A stretch of DNA of 64,000 nt from the NCBI RefSeq assembly GCF_947259545.1, contig NZ_CAMYMK010000003.1, forward strand, positions 57,469 through 121,468, read 5' to 3'. Every line of letters begins with the position of its first letter. Position 1 is the stretch's first letter. Source of the DNA: an uncultured Marinobacter sp. Its GTDB lineage: Bacteria; Pseudomonadota; Gammaproteobacteria; Pseudomonadales; Oleiphilaceae. The position numbers were made by a program, and so were the translations under genes. The notes beneath the pieces were generated by a model. The model made no database searches. It saw only the letters and a list, made by a program, of their open reading frames with translations, and was not told where the DNA came from. Shown here piece after piece: positions 30,032-39,559 of this stretch.

Positions 30032-30703
30032 ATGACGCTCAGACTCGCATTCGACGTATACGGCACACTGGTCGACCCGATGGGCATGGCGGAGCTGTTG
30101 GCGCAGGACGCCGGCGAAAGCGCACAGGCTGTTAGTGCCCTGTGGCGGGAGAAGCAGCTGGAGTTCTCCTTTCGCAAAGGCCTGATGCGGGTCTATGAGG
30201 ACTTCGGTGTTTGTACTCGTCAGGCCCTGCGGTATGCCATGGCCACTCACCAACTGCCGCTGGCCGGGGATCGTGAGGATGAGTTGATGGCCGCGTATCT
30301 GTCCCTGCCGGCGTTTGATGATGCGTTGCCTGCCCTGAAAGCACTGAAAGGCCGTTATCCGCTGTTCGCATTCTCTAACGGAAGCTACCCCGCCCTGGAA
30401 AAAGTGCTGGGTTATAACAATTTGCTGGACCAGTTCGAAGGCCTGGTTTCCGTTGATGATATCAAGAGTTTCAAACCCGACCCTGCCGTGTATGCCTATG
30501 CCAGAAGGGCAACGGGAGCCTGGGACGAGCCGTTGTGTCTGGTATCGAGTAATGCCTGGGACGTGATTGGCGCACGAGCCGCCGGTTTAAAAGCGGTTTG
30601 GGTGCAGAGAGATATCAGCAAAGTCTTTGAAGACTGGGGCATAGAACCGTCTGCGGTAATACACAGTCTCTCCGAGTTACGCGAGGCCCTAAAGCATCTC
30701 TAA
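30032..30703 (+). CDS. L-2-haloacid dehalogenase (HAD type II)
   Basis: AFDVYGTLVD, FSNG, SFKPDPAVY, VSSNAWDVIGA. Confidence 0.9.
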   Translation: MTLRLAFDVYGTLVDPMGMAELLAQDAGESAQAVSALWREKQLEFSFRKGLMRVYEDFGVCTRQALRYAMATHQLPLAGDREDELMAAYLSLPAFDDALPALKALKGRYPLFAFSNGSYPALEKVLGYNNLLDQFEGLVSVDDIKSFKPDPAVYAYARRATGAWDEPLCLVSSNAWDVIGARAAGLKAVWVQRDISKVFEDWGIEPSAVIHSLSELREALKHL

Positions 30704-30826
30704 CGCCAGTGGATGAATGCTACCTAATGGATGGAATTTGAGAGGCAATTGTGGGAGTTTGCCCTACCGCGACATCAGTTCGCGGTAGGGCTGAGAGGGG
30801 ACAGTGAATATCCCTTGGTTACTAAA

Positions 30827-32836
30827 TTAGCGGGTCACTTCGATAAGAACGGCGATACCCAGTTCGTCCGGATCACTGCTGTCACTAGGCTGCCAGTGCT
30901 CGGTGAATACGCCCAGACTCGCGTCTTCGTTAAAGAAGCCTTCGAGCACATTGACGCCGTCTCCGCTACCGTCGTTAAGTTCGATGGTGGCGGCTCCATT
31001 GTTGGCGATTGCGGCGGTGATGTCTCCGGTCACCTCCTCACGGGTGCCTTCCAGATTACCGCCCAGCCCCTGCTTGGCAACTGCCGAGATCTTGCCGCCA
31101 AACGAGCCCGCGGTTTCAGAGTCCATGGTAATGAAGCTGTTGAACTGGGTGGCGAACAGCTCAAATTCGCTGGTGCCATTGCTGGCACCGTCCATGTACA
31201 TGGACATCAGCATGACCCGGTAGGTCTTTCCGCTGACGCTCACGCCATTGGTCGGTAGCTTGACCATCAGGGTCTTTTCGAAGTCGGCAAAATTGTCGCT
31301 CTGGCCGTCAGATTCCGCGAAGGCGATAAAGTCGAAGGTGTCGTTCACGAAACCGTCCGACGCAGAGCCTCCGGCTGCTGTGATGTCGCCATCAGAACTG
31401 ACAGTGATGCTGAGGTTTGACTCGGCAATGACTTCCGGTGCGCTGTATGCGGTACCAGTGTCGCTCAGTAAAAGTTCGTGGCCGCTGCCTGCGTTATATT
31501 CAAACGTGCCGTCGCCGTTGAACGACAGGGTGTTGGTTTCGGTAGCGAGTGTGACCGGGCCAAGCATTTCAAGATTGCTGCTGATATAGACGCGGCCGAA
31601 GTTGCCATTGAGGTCCGCCGCAGTCATGTTGCTGGGTTTGCGGGCCAGCACTTCCAGGGCGCGATTGACTTCATCGCCGCGGGGGTCGTTGGGGTCCAAT
31701 GCGTCCTTATTGCCATCACCATCCGTGTCGACAGTGCCATATTCAACAGCTGCTTCCTGCGAAAGCAGGAAAAACAGGCCTTTGTCGCTGACTTGTTGGA
31801 AATTGAAGGTCAGGGGCGGTCGCCGCTGCCCCAGGTCGGGGTGGTCGTCGTAAATTTCTTCTTCGAATTCGCCTTCAATAGACAGGATGCCACTGTTTGT
31901 AAAAGTTGCGGGGAACGTCTCGTTCAATGTTTCACTGCCAACGAAGTACCAGAGACCGCTGGAATCCACAGTGGAGCCGTTCAGCCCCGCGTCAGCCAAG
32001 TCTTCGGTTCCCAATGTAATACTGACGGTTCCATCCCCGCCATCGGAGAGTTCAATTTGCGCGGCCCATATCTCGCCGAACAGGGTGCCAAAGCCGCTAC
32101 TATTGCTGTCATCCATGCTGATGCCGAACGCGGAGTTGGCGTAGGCTCCTGCAATTGTGGAAATATCCCCCGGGTCGGCAGAAATAACCGCAATTTCGCT
32201 TTCCACCAGTTCGCCCACTTCCGCTTCCAGAACTGCGAGCATTTCGTCCAGATTGGCCCCGGCGGTGAGATCAAACTCTTCGACCTTGCCGCCCAGCTTA
32301 ACGACGTCGGTGGCAACAAGCTGGTCCAGGTCGGTGCCTTGCTCAATAAACTTGCGCAGCACGAATTCGGATACCGGGCTGATGTCAACGGCCTGCTCGA
32401 CCACCTGGGCCCGCATTTGGGCGTTGTTGGTTCCGGTGATCCGTACAATCAGGTTGCCCGCCAGATTGACGCCCTGGGGCAGTATCAACTCGTAGTCCCC
32501 GGTTGTTGAGGTGACGGATTCGGCCAGAACGTCACCGATCTGGTTGCCATCATCATCCACACGGATCAGCTCAACGGTTGCTCCCCCTACCGGTTCGAGG
32601 CCAGTAATCGCCGCGGCAACGGGTGAGATGATGAAACTTAATGCGATGTCAAAGGGACTTGCAGGTTCCAGATAAGCGACCGCACCTGCAGGTGCTGAAG
32701 CGGATCCACTTATCGTGGTACCGGATGTGTCATCTGTCTGCGAATCGGATGATCCGCCACTACCGCCACTGCAACCGGTTATAGCCACAGTGGAAGTCAG
32801 CGCACCGATTAATGCCAGTGTTTTTAGATTGTGCAT
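30827..32836 (-). CDS. Large acidic lipoprotein of unknown function
   Basis: Lipobox VAITG-C followed by Gly/Ser linker; D/S/G/T-rich beta-type body; DTDGDGNKD motif. Confidence 0.8.
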   Translation of the reverse strand: MHNLKTLALIGALTSTVAITGCSGGSGGSSDSQTDDTSGTTISGSASAPAGAVAYLEPASPFDIALSFIISPVAAAITGLEPVGGATVELIRVDDDGNQIGDVLAESVTSTTGDYELILPQGVNLAGNLIVRITGTNNAQMRAQVVEQAVDISPVSEFVLRKFIEQGTDLDQLVATDVVKLGGKVEEFDLTAGANLDEMLAVLEAEVGELVESEIAVISADPGDISTIAGAYANSAFGISMDDSNSSGFGTLFGEIWAAQIELSDGGDGTVSITLGTEDLADAGLNGSTVDSSGLWYFVGSETLNETFPATFTNSGILSIEGEFEEEIYDDHPDLGQRRPPLTFNFQQVSDKGLFFLLSQEAAVEYGTVDTDGDGNKDALDPNDPRGDEVNRALEVLARKPSNMTAADLNGNFGRVYISSNLEMLGPVTLATETNTLSFNGDGTFEYNAGSGHELLLSDTGTAYSAPEVIAESNLSITVSSDGDITAAGGSASDGFVNDTFDFIAFAESDGQSDNFADFEKTLMVKLPTNGVSVSGKTYRVMLMSMYMDGASNGTSEFELFATQFNSFITMDSETAGSFGGKISAVAKQGLGGNLEGTREEVTGDITAAIANNGAATIELNDGSGDGVNVLEGFFNEDASLGVFTEHWQPSDSSDPDELGIAVLIEVTR

Positions 32837-32914
32837 GGGAGCTCCTCGTTACGATCAATGACCGAATAGCGATCAGGAGCCTAGATAAGTAGCAAACAGT
32901 GATACCTGAATTCT

Positions 32915-32930
32915 TCCCCCGTATGGGGGA
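32915..32930. promoter_or_regulatory. Palindromic operator, probable site for the divergent LuxR-type regulator
   Basis: TCCCCC-GTAT-GGGGGA about 80 bp upstream of the lipoprotein start. Confidence 0.55.
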
Positions 32931-33105
32931 GAGGGGCATTGCGTTTCTTGCAGGTCGTGTTCCGGGCAGTGACCATATGGGACCAGAGAGTGAAAAACAT
33001 TGTTAAATATGCCAGTCAGTTCAGGCCATCCCGGAATTGGTATGTTCAATAACCGTTATATTACCTGAGTCGATGACATTTGGTTGATTCGGGAGAGGTG
33101 GACCT

Positions 33106-34266
33106 TTGGACATAAACGCGGGCGAGTGTTTCTTTGAATCGGATCATCATGAACTGATCAGCCTGCTATATGATGGGATCACCAATAAGCAGGGGTTCTT
33201 TCCCTTTTTGCGAAAATTTGTGGAGGTGTTTGAAGGGCACAGTGCGAGTTTTTCCATTTACGATACCCTTGAAAACTCTCTTTTGGGGGCCTGGACTCTC
33301 AATATCCCCGACGAGGCTTTTGAGTTCTACGCTGAGCATGTATCTCATCGGGATGTGCTGGTTCAGAAGGCATTGGAAGTGCGCAAACAGGGGCAGCTGC
33401 GGTTTGTCGCCAGTAACCTGGATCTTGGTCCGGACATAAAACGAATTCGCAAGGAAACCCGGGTCGAGGAGTGGCTGGAAAGCTACGGTGCTGATGAGGC
33501 AGCCGGAGCGATCGCTTTTCTCGACGGTCACTATATGAACTTCTTTGGTATGCAGCGGTCTGCTGCCCAGCCGGCTTTTACACGGGAAGAGTTGAGTCTG
33601 TTCAACCGGTTTTTACCCCACGTTATTCGATCCGTAGATCTGTATACCCGCATGCTACGGGGTGGGGTGCAGCCAACTGCCGAACAGCTTGCTCTTAATC
33701 ATGTGGATCGTGGCCTTCTGGTAGTTGATACCACCTACCGGGTGGTCTTCAAGAATGCCCTGGCGGATGAAATACTGGAAAAATCTGTAGGGTTTAAACT
33801 CAATGAAAAAAGTGGCGTGGTGTCGTATCAGGATCCGGCCGGTGCCAATCAGTTCTCCTGTTTCCTGACCCGGGCGGTTAACGCGTCACTTGAAGGCAGG
33901 GATATTGAAGATGGGGTTTTCCACGTTCGACGGCGCAACATTAACCTGACGGTGGTTATCTCGGCCCTGCAAGGGGCAGACGACAGTGTCGCAGAGCGGG
34001 GTGGGGTGCTCATCAGCATTTATGACTGGAACCATCAGCCGGCGCTCAATACCCAACTGGTTAAGACTCTGTTTGGGTTAACCGAAGCGGAACTGCGAGT
34101 TGCTGAAGCGTTACTCTGTGGTAACAGTCTGGTGGAAATAGCAGATACTCTCAGTCGCTCCCGGGAAACGGTAAAAACACATTTGAACGCCCTTTTCCGT
34201 AAAACGGATACCCGTCGCCAAGGCGAATTGATTTCTTTGTTATCCCGCAGCAGTTTTTCATCCTGA
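33106..34266 (+). CDS. LuxR-type HTH regulator with GAF/PAS-like N-terminal regions
   Basis: C-terminal FGLTEAELRVAEALLCGNSLVEIADTLSRSRETVKTHLNALFRKTDTRRQGELI; TTG start with GGAGAGG RBS. Confidence 0.88.
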   Translation: MDINAGECFFESDHHELISLLYDGITNKQGFFPFLRKFVEVFEGHSASFSIYDTLENSLLGAWTLNIPDEAFEFYAEHVSHRDVLVQKALEVRKQGQLRFVASNLDLGPDIKRIRKETRVEEWLESYGADEAAGAIAFLDGHYMNFFGMQRSAAQPAFTREELSLFNRFLPHVIRSVDLYTRMLRGGVQPTAEQLALNHVDRGLLVVDTTYRVVFKNALADEILEKSVGFKLNEKSGVVSYQDPAGANQFSCFLTRAVNASLEGRDIEDGVFHVRRRNINLTVVISALQGADDSVAERGGVLISIYDWNHQPALNTQLVKTLFGLTEAELRVAEALLCGNSLVEIADTLSRSRETVKTHLNALFRKTDTRRQGELISLLSRSSFSS

Positions 34267-34866
34267 GCGCTGCAGCCCCCGCGTCATCAGGCTGATACTC
34301 TCATCCAGCATCCGTTTGCCCCTCAGCTCGTCGTATCCGCTGCAAATTTCCAGCAGAACGGCGCCATGCACCGCTCCCCAGAGGGTCCGGACAGTGGCAT
34401 CGGGGTCGGCGGTGACACGGAACCGGCGCTCCGCCATGCCCGTCTTGAGGAAGTTGGCAAACAGTTCGAAGGCGGTCGACCTGGACAAGACCCCGAACAG
34501 GTCGGCCTCAATGGCCATAGGGGTGCTGGCGGCCAGGAACAGGGCACGATCAGAGCAGGCCAGTTCACGGTAGATGTGGGCGGCCTGTCGCAGCATAGCC
34601 TCTGGCGGTGTCTCTGGCAGGGCGGCCATCAGCCGTCGTTGCCACTCCTCCACCCAGGCCTCGAAGAGCGCGCGGATCAGGCCGGGTTTGTCTTTGAACA
34701 GGTATTCGACGGTGGGCCGTGGCGTATTGCTCTTTTTCGCCAGAGTCTCCAGACTGAGTGCGGCCATCCCGTCATTACGGACAATGTCGCGGGCAATGGC
34801 AACGAGTTGTTTACGTTGGGCCTGAGGGCTAGCGTCGGTGTTTGTTTCCTCTGACTTCGGGGGCAT
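34258..34866 (-). CDS. TetR/AcrR family regulator (WHG-like C-terminus)
   Basis: RDIVRNDGMAALSLETLAKK HTH; LWGAVHG. Confidence 0.8.
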   Translation of the reverse strand: MPPKSEETNTDASPQAQRKQLVAIARDIVRNDGMAALSLETLAKKSNTPRPTVEYLFKDKPGLIRALFEAWVEEWQRRLMAALPETPPEAMLRQAAHIYRELACSDRALFLAASTPMAIEADLFGVLSRSTAFELFANFLKTGMAERRFRVTADPDATVRTLWGAVHGAVLLEICSGYDELRGKRMLDESISLMTRGLQRSG

Positions 34867-34951
34867 AGATTCCTTCCTTTTCGGTCAGGGTGCTTTCGGC
34901 TTTTCCTTCCTTAATAGTAGCACCCTGCCGGCCAGCCCGGTTGATGAAAAC

Positions 34952-36115
34952 TCAGTCAGATCGCTCGGCCAACCATTCCGCCAATTCCAGCCAGCTTTCC
35001 CGAGGTGCCTTGCTACCGGCCAGAATGCCCATATGCCCCCCCGGCACTACCCGGAATGTTCTGTCGGCTGAGCTGACGTGATCCATCACCCGCTTCGCCG
35101 CACCGGGTGTGGCCAAAGTGTCCTCCTGACCAGCGATGGCCAGTAAGTTGGCGTTCACATTCTCCAGGCGGGCAACATCTTCACCGATCTGAATCTCGCC
35201 CTTCGACAGCTGATTGTCGATCCAGATCCGCACCACGGTGTCCTGAATAATGCCGCCGGGGTAAGCCACCATCCGGTCCAGAAACGCCGACGTTGTAGCG
35301 TGGTTACTGACGAACTCCCGGTCACCCAGTCGTACAATCAACTCCCAGTAACCCATCACGCTGCCAATCGGATTGGTCAGCTTGAAACCAATCGTATTGG
35401 CCCAGCCCGGTGTGTGGAACCAGTGGGGTTTGACATTGTGGATGCGAAAACCGGTGCGTTTTCGCACAAAGTCCGCCACATCCGCGACACGCTGGTACAT
35501 CAGACCCATCAGACCGGACGCATGACTATCGATGGGCAAACCCAGAACCACGGCGTTGCGGATGTGCTGATCCTTGCTCAGAGCCGAGTAGAACAGCGTA
35601 AACATGCCGCCCATGCTCCAGCCATGCAGCGACAATTCCTGCTCTCCGCTGTGTTCCCGCACCCGGTTCAGATACGCTGGCAGCAACTCCGCCACGTAGG
35701 TGTGCAGATTGTAGTGACTGTGCTCGCGGGTCGGGATACCCCAGTCGATCAGGTACACCTCAAATCCCTTCGCTCGCAGGAAACGCACCAGACTGCGCTG
35801 GGGAAACAGGTCATAGATCAGCATATTCACCGCCAGCGGCGGCACTATGACAATCGGTGTTTTGTGTGCGGTGCGTTCCACCGTGATGGTTTCGCCATCC
35901 AGCTCGATAAAATCCTCCGCCAGCGGCGGATAATACCGCAGACTGACCAGGCCATCGGTGTGCAGTGTTTCAAACGGCGTTTGTCCCGCCTGCACCAGGC
36001 TGGCGGCGCGGAATACCCGGTCAAAGGCATTGCCCGCATAAAGAGCCGTTTGCCGGGTGAGTCCCGACGCTTTGTCAGCCGCGGATTTGAAGAGGTTTGG
36101 CATGGGAATGTCCAT
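34952..36115 (-). CDS. PHA synthase (PhaC class III)-like alpha/beta hydrolase with Ser in the lipase box
   Basis: TPIVIVPPL...IYDLFPQRSLVRFL..GFEVYLIDWG; HGWSMGG; EDTLA; GGHMG. Confidence 0.8.
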   Translation of the reverse strand: MDIPMPNLFKSAADKASGLTRQTALYAGNAFDRVFRAASLVQAGQTPFETLHTDGLVSLRYYPPLAEDFIELDGETITVERTAHKTPIVIVPPLAVNMLIYDLFPQRSLVRFLRAKGFEVYLIDWGIPTREHSHYNLHTYVAELLPAYLNRVREHSGEQELSLHGWSMGGMFTLFYSALSKDQHIRNAVVLGLPIDSHASGLMGLMYQRVADVADFVRKRTGFRIHNVKPHWFHTPGWANTIGFKLTNPIGSVMGYWELIVRLGDREFVSNHATTSAFLDRMVAYPGGIIQDTVVRIWIDNQLSKGEIQIGEDVARLENVNANLLAIAGQEDTLATPGAAKRVMDHVSSADRTFRVVPGGHMGILAGSKAPRESWLELAEWLAERSD

Positions 36116-36301
36116 AGTGGGATTCGAAACTCACTTTGATGCTTGGCGTTTGCGTGAAGGCTACCGCCGCATTCTGAATTGAGCTATGGCACCACCGTCA
36201 CAAAAATGGGGCACACCGGTCACTTCGGGCCACTGCCCAATCCGGTCTCTGATTGATATGATTGCTCCCCATTTGGAAACAACAACCAAAACAGGACAAC
36301 C

Positions 36302-37207
36302 ATGCTCAGCTTCCTGCCCGCTCCCGTTATCGGTGTACTCAATTCCATCCTGCTGGGAATCAACACACTGTTCTGGTGCCTGCTGCTCTACATTCCGGCG
36401 CTATTGAAACTCATCGTTCCCCACCAGGGCTTCCGCGTGCTCTGCACCCGAGCCATCATCTGGATCTCAGAATCCTGGGTGGCCTGTAACACCGGCTGGA
36501 TGAAACTCACCCATGGTACCCGTTGGGATGTGAAAGGCGCGGAGAACCTGCAGCGGGAAAGCTGGTACCTGGTGCTGAGCAATCATCAGAGCTGGGTTGA
36601 TATCTTCGCCATGCAGCGGGTCTTCAACCGTAGGGCACCGTTCCTGAAGTTCTTCCTGAAGCAACAGCTGATCTGGGTGCCGGTCATCGGCCTGGCGTGG
36701 TGGGGGCTGGATTTCCCGTTTATGAAACGCTACACGCGGGAATACCTGATCAAACATCCGGAGAAGCGTGGTGAAGATCTCAAGGCTACCCGCAGGGCCT
36801 GCGAAAAGTTCCGCTACACTCCGGTCAGTGTGATGAACTTCGTGGAAGGCACGCGCTTTACCCCGGCCAAGCACGACAAGCAAAAATCACCCTACACTCA
36901 TTTGCTCACCCCCAAAGCTGGCGGTGTCGCCTTTGTACTGGACGCCATGGGTGACTCTATCCAGACCCTGGTGGACGTCACCATTGCCTACCCGGGTGGC
37001 GCGCCCACCTTCTGGGATTTTATCTGCGGTCGGGTGAGTGAAGTGAAAATGGAGATTCACACCGTTGCTATCCCGGAGCATCTGAAGGGGCGGGATTACT
37101 CAACGGATGCGGAGCATCGCAGAAACGTCAAGGAGTGGCTGGCGGATCAGTGGCGGGCCAAGGATGAGCGCCTTTCTGCGATGCTGGGTGAATCCGTCAA
37201 AGTTTAA
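36302..37207 (+). CDS. Acyltransferase, YihG/PlsC family
   Basis: SNHQSWVDI, FFLKQQL, FVEGTRFT, LLTPKAGG. Confidence 0.92.
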   Translation: MLSFLPAPVIGVLNSILLGINTLFWCLLLYIPALLKLIVPHQGFRVLCTRAIIWISESWVACNTGWMKLTHGTRWDVKGAENLQRESWYLVLSNHQSWVDIFAMQRVFNRRAPFLKFFLKQQLIWVPVIGLAWWGLDFPFMKRYTREYLIKHPEKRGEDLKATRRACEKFRYTPVSVMNFVEGTRFTPAKHDKQKSPYTHLLTPKAGGVAFVLDAMGDSIQTLVDVTIAYPGGAPTFWDFICGRVSEVKMEIHTVAIPEHLKGRDYSTDAEHRRNVKEWLADQWRAKDERLSAMLGESVKV

Positions 37208-38344
37208 TCAGTTAACGAGGTCGGGATACACTTGCTTGGTCGCGGTGAAGACCTCGTTGAAATTCTTGTCGTTGCCGTGCTTCAGCCTGAGGTATCGGGC
37301 CATGTCTGCAAGTGAGTTGAAGCTCATGTCGGATGTGGCTCTGATGTGCTCCCAGCCGCCAGAAGCTTCTATCGCAGCCCGGCGGCCAATAGCCTCGCCG
37401 ATTGCAGAGCCTGCCATACCCACCAGTGCAATAGCCGCGAAACTATCGGAAAATTGTTCTGCAACAACACTGGCCGTGGCAGCCCCGGCGACGGTGCCCA
37501 CCTGGGCTCCGATCCCTGCGTTGATGGCCTGGTTAACCCACTCGGCGGTGACACCGTCACTGGTGTAGGGCGACAGATATTCCCCTGAATTGTTATTGAT
37601 GACGGCCTCGCTGGCCTGTTCCAACCGGTTGTCGTCAATTGGGGGATATTGCCTGGCGATGAGCTCCTCATCAAAATCGCGCCGTTCCATGGCTGCAAGA
37701 ACCTTCTCCATCCGAATCGAAACATTTCGATAATGGTTTACTTGCTGGAATGAATGTCCCTCAGAAGCTGCTAACGCCTGTTTGTTAGAATCCCGTCTGA
37801 TAGTGACAGCCTTTATCGCTGACAGACCTTTATCATTCATTAAGGTTGGATCCGCTCCGCGGTTTATTAATAACCTGATGGCCGCGGGCGATTTAAAGAA
37901 AACGGGATGATGGAGTGCTGTGTCACCCTTGGCGTTTCTTTGGCTGATGTCCCCACCCGCATCAAGGACGGCTTTGACTGCCGGGTAGGAAGTTGCTGCG
38001 AACAAGGCCGGCATGTCCTCACCTTCCTTGAGGCTCAAAGATACGTCGGCGCCATAGGATACTAACAAGTCAAATAGCTTCTGGTTGAAATCGTTGTAGA
38101 GGACCGAGCTTCCAAAGGCTGCATAAAGTGGCCGGTCTCCTTTGTAATTCGTTGAGTTAGGATCGGCACCTTCTTTCAATGCCTGCTCCGCAGCATTGAG
38201 ATCTGGATCCGAAACAATCGCATCAATCAGAACGTTGTGGAGTTTATTGTTAGTGCGGGTGGCACACCCGGAAGTTAATAAAACCGAGACAACCAGCAGT
38301 GCCAGCAGGATTCGCTGATCAATATGTTTAAAAGAGAGTACCAT
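37208..38344 (-). CDS. Ankyrin-repeat lipoprotein with conserved SPYTSDGV C-terminal domain (paralog A)
   Basis: Lipobox LTSG-C; ankyrin motifs GADPN, GDRPLYAA, GDTALHH, LINRGADPT; YLSPYTSDGVTAEWV. Confidence 0.85.
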   Translation of the reverse strand: MVLSFKHIDQRILLALLVVSVLLTSGCATRTNNKLHNVLIDAIVSDPDLNAAEQALKEGADPNSTNYKGDRPLYAAFGSSVLYNDFNQKLFDLLVSYGADVSLSLKEGEDMPALFAATSYPAVKAVLDAGGDISQRNAKGDTALHHPVFFKSPAAIRLLINRGADPTLMNDKGLSAIKAVTIRRDSNKQALAASEGHSFQQVNHYRNVSIRMEKVLAAMERRDFDEELIARQYPPIDDNRLEQASEAVINNNSGEYLSPYTSDGVTAEWVNQAINAGIGAQVGTVAGAATASVVAEQFSDSFAAIALVGMAGSAIGEAIGRRAAIEASGGWEHIRATSDMSFNSLADMARYLRLKHGNDKNFNEVFTATKQVYPDLVN

Positions 38345-38397
38345 GAGCAATTTGTCCTCTGACCTGAAAGGAAGTAGGGAAGTTCCGGAGTAACGAA

Positions 38398-39531
38398 TTA
38401 ATCAGCGAGTTCGGGATATATCTTTGAAGTTGCATTAAAAACATCTTCATAGTTCTCGTCATTACCATGCCTCAATTCAAGATAGCGCCGCATATCCTCA
38501 ATTGAGTTAAAGCTCATGTCGGACGTTTCTCTGATGTGCTCCCAGCCCCCAGAGGTTTCTATTGCGGCACTGCGTCCAATAGCCTCGCCAATCGCGGAGC
38601 CAGCCATGCTCACGACAGCCACGACTGCAAAGCTTTCCCCCAGTTCTCTTGCGATGGATCCGGCGGTAGCTGCACCAGTCGTTGAGCCAATCTGGGCCCC
38701 TATTCCTGCGTTAATTGCCTGATTGACCCATTCTGCAGTGACTCCGTCGCTGGTATAGGGGGACAGAAACTTCCCTGAACTGTCCGGAATAATATTTTTG
38801 CTTGCCAGCTCCAGCCTATTGTCATCGATAGGAGGGTATTCTCTGGCTATAAGAGTCTCGTCGAAATCTCGCGATTCCATGAGTGCCAGAATCCTCTCCA
38901 GACGAATTGCACGTCTGCGTTGGCTTTGCGCGAAGGTGACTGAATTTTTTTCGATGAGATGGCCCAGACGCTCTTTTGACGAGTCACGGACGAAAATGAC
39001 GACGTCAATCGCGGAGACGCCACGCTTATCTTTAAGGTGAGGATCAGCGCCCAATTCCATCAGTCGTTCCACGGCAGCGGGCGTCATTGATGCCGAATGG
39101 TGAAGAACCGTCTCACCACTGGAGGTTCGCTGTTTGACGTCGGCGCCGGCGGAGACGAGGGCCTCCACGGATTCGAGGGTTTTGGCGAAGAAAATCGCGG
39201 GTAAGTCGCCTTTTTCTACGAGACTAATGGATAAATTTGCATTGTATGAGGTGAGAAGTTCGAAGAGGTCTTTATTAAAGCCGTCGTTATCAGTACCCCG
39301 GATGAAGGCTTTTTTGTCTGGGATGAAAGCTTTGTGTAGAGGACGAACGCCGTCGTACAAAACCATGTTGGGGTCAGCGCCTTCCGCAAGCGCTTGCCTT
39401 GCCAACCCAATATCCTGTTCGCCAATAAATGCATTTTGCAGTTTTGTATTTGGCGTGGCGCAGCCAGAGAGCCAAATCATTGTAAATGTAAGACAGAAAC
39501 ATGCCGCGGTCTTTATGTAGCGGTTAAACAT
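38398..39531 (-). CDS. Ankyrin-repeat lipoprotein with conserved SPYTSDGV C-terminal domain (paralog B)
   Basis: Start MFNRYIK; lipobox LSG-C; GADPN, GVRPLHKA, GETVLHH, LGADPH; FLSPYTSDGVTAEWV. Confidence 0.85.
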   Translation of the reverse strand: MFNRYIKTAACFCLTFTMIWLSGCATPNTKLQNAFIGEQDIGLARQALAEGADPNMVLYDGVRPLHKAFIPDKKAFIRGTDNDGFNKDLFELLTSYNANLSISLVEKGDLPAIFFAKTLESVEALVSAGADVKQRTSSGETVLHHSASMTPAAVERLMELGADPHLKDKRGVSAIDVVIFVRDSSKERLGHLIEKNSVTFAQSQRRRAIRLERILALMESRDFDETLIAREYPPIDDNRLELASKNIIPDSSGKFLSPYTSDGVTAEWVNQAINAGIGAQIGSTTGAATAGSIARELGESFAVVAVVSMAGSAIGEAIGRSAAIETSGGWEHIRETSDMSFNSIEDMRRYLELRHGNDENYEDVFNATSKIYPELAD

Positions 39532-39559
39532 AATAGCTGTTCTCGAAAGCACTTGGATT

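Noticed and set aside
34952-36115. Calling this gene phaC
   Set aside because: The catalytic Cys is Ser and no pha genes are nearby
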